A stretch of DNA of 17,329 nucleotides from assembly GCA_031372065.1 (NCBI GenBank), contig JANMKN010000275.1, forward strand, positions 1 through 17,329. Reading direction: 5' to 3'. The stretch comes from Abditibacteriaceae bacterium (lineage in GTDB: Bacteria > Armatimonadota > Abditibacteriia > Abditibacteriales > Abditibacteriaceae). Every line of letters starts with the position of its first letter. Position 1 is the stretch's first letter. The notes under the pieces are model-generated. The model was not told the DNA's origin. It searched no databases and saw only the letters and a program-made list of their open reading frames with translations. Of the stretch, positions 16,264 to 17,329 are shown in pieces. Made by a program: the position numbers and the translations under genes.

Positions 16264-16358
16264 CGAGGGTCGGGCAATTCACTAAAGCATAGCGGAATAG
16301 AAACAATTGCGTGTTGATTCATTGTTAGGGCATTAGCATTAGCTTTTTTCGTGTCCAT
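16254..16358 (-). mobile_element. Possible N-terminal remnant of an ISAs1-family transposase
   Basis: ATG 16358 reads MDTKKANANALTMNQHAIVSIPLCFSELPDPRRDN; F-x-x-L-x-D-P-R resembles the ISAs1 N-terminal (DDE_Tnp_1-associated) motif, and it ends at the DUF559 breakpoint. Confidence 0.45.
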
Positions 16359-16378
16359 ATTGAGAAATAGAGCATAAA

Positions 16379-16423
16379 ACCAACAAGGCCCGAAATCAAA
16401 ATTTGATTTCGGGCCTTGTTGGT
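16379..16423 (-). terminator. Terminator closing the 16S transcript
   Basis: 22-bp perfect stem ACCAACAAGGCCCGAAATCAAA-A-TTTGATTTCGGGCCTTGTTGGT, followed by a T-run on the minus strand. Confidence 0.85.
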
Positions 16424-16443
16424 CTTTGCCTGTTGGCTTGGAC

Positions 16444-16461
16444 TCTGAAAACTGAATAGTG
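16444..16461 (-). other. 3' arm of the 16S rRNA processing (RNase III) stem
   Basis: The minus strand reads CACTATTCAGTTTTCAGA, resembling the complement of the common rrn-leader (T)GAAAACTGAA motif. The partner arm lies outside the window. Confidence 0.55.
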
Positions 16462-16595
16462 ATTGTGGAGAATTCCGAAGAATCTCGCAAGAATTAGTAG
16501 CTACTTCAACAGGTCAGTGGTAGCGCCTATTTTAAGCAATGTGTGAGGGGAGACTGTTCAATTTCATGCTTGCAGAGGAAATCGAAGAATACTCC

Positions 16596-17329
<734 letters not shown>

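Noticed and set aside
15854..16317. ORFs 15854-16306, 15907-16254 and 16075-16317
   Set aside because: They are antisense or off-frame readings across the REP pair and the DUF559 pseudogene.
16424..16595. tRNA-Ile or tRNA-Ala in the 16S trailer
   Set aside because: No cloverleaf or GTTCRA T-loop motif is visible on the minus strand.

Overview
Bacterial chromosomal window of moderate GC. The partial 16S and gene content tentatively suggest an Abditibacteriota/Armatimonadota-like organism (inference only). Left to right it holds: a 21-bp tandem repeat ending in a perfect 38-bp palindrome, a YegS/DAGK lipid kinase (-), typA/bipA (+), an orphan HTH_17-GspE/PilB ATPase fusion (+) with a tandem palindromic operator candidate, an NDP-sugar pyrophosphorylase and an LCP protein (-), pterin-4a-carbinolamine dehydratase and a DUF6807/PmoA-like protein (+), and a class II ribonucleotide reductase nrdJ (+). 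nrdJ has a sigma70 promoter and two NrdR boxes about 600 nt upstream of its start. Between nrdJ and a 16S rRNA gene with no linked 23S lies a ~3.2 kb accessory patch. It is built from a repeated unit (REP-like inverted palindrome pair + DUF559 endonuclease gene + terminal hairpin), present as one intact copy, one 3' remnant and one 5' remnant. Interleaved with these are an AT-rich PD-(D/E)xK-like gene, an internally duplicated 327-aa unknown protein with an upstream 8x20-bp repeat array, and a probable ISAs1 scar. This patch is the best candidate for an undescribed mobile or cassette system.
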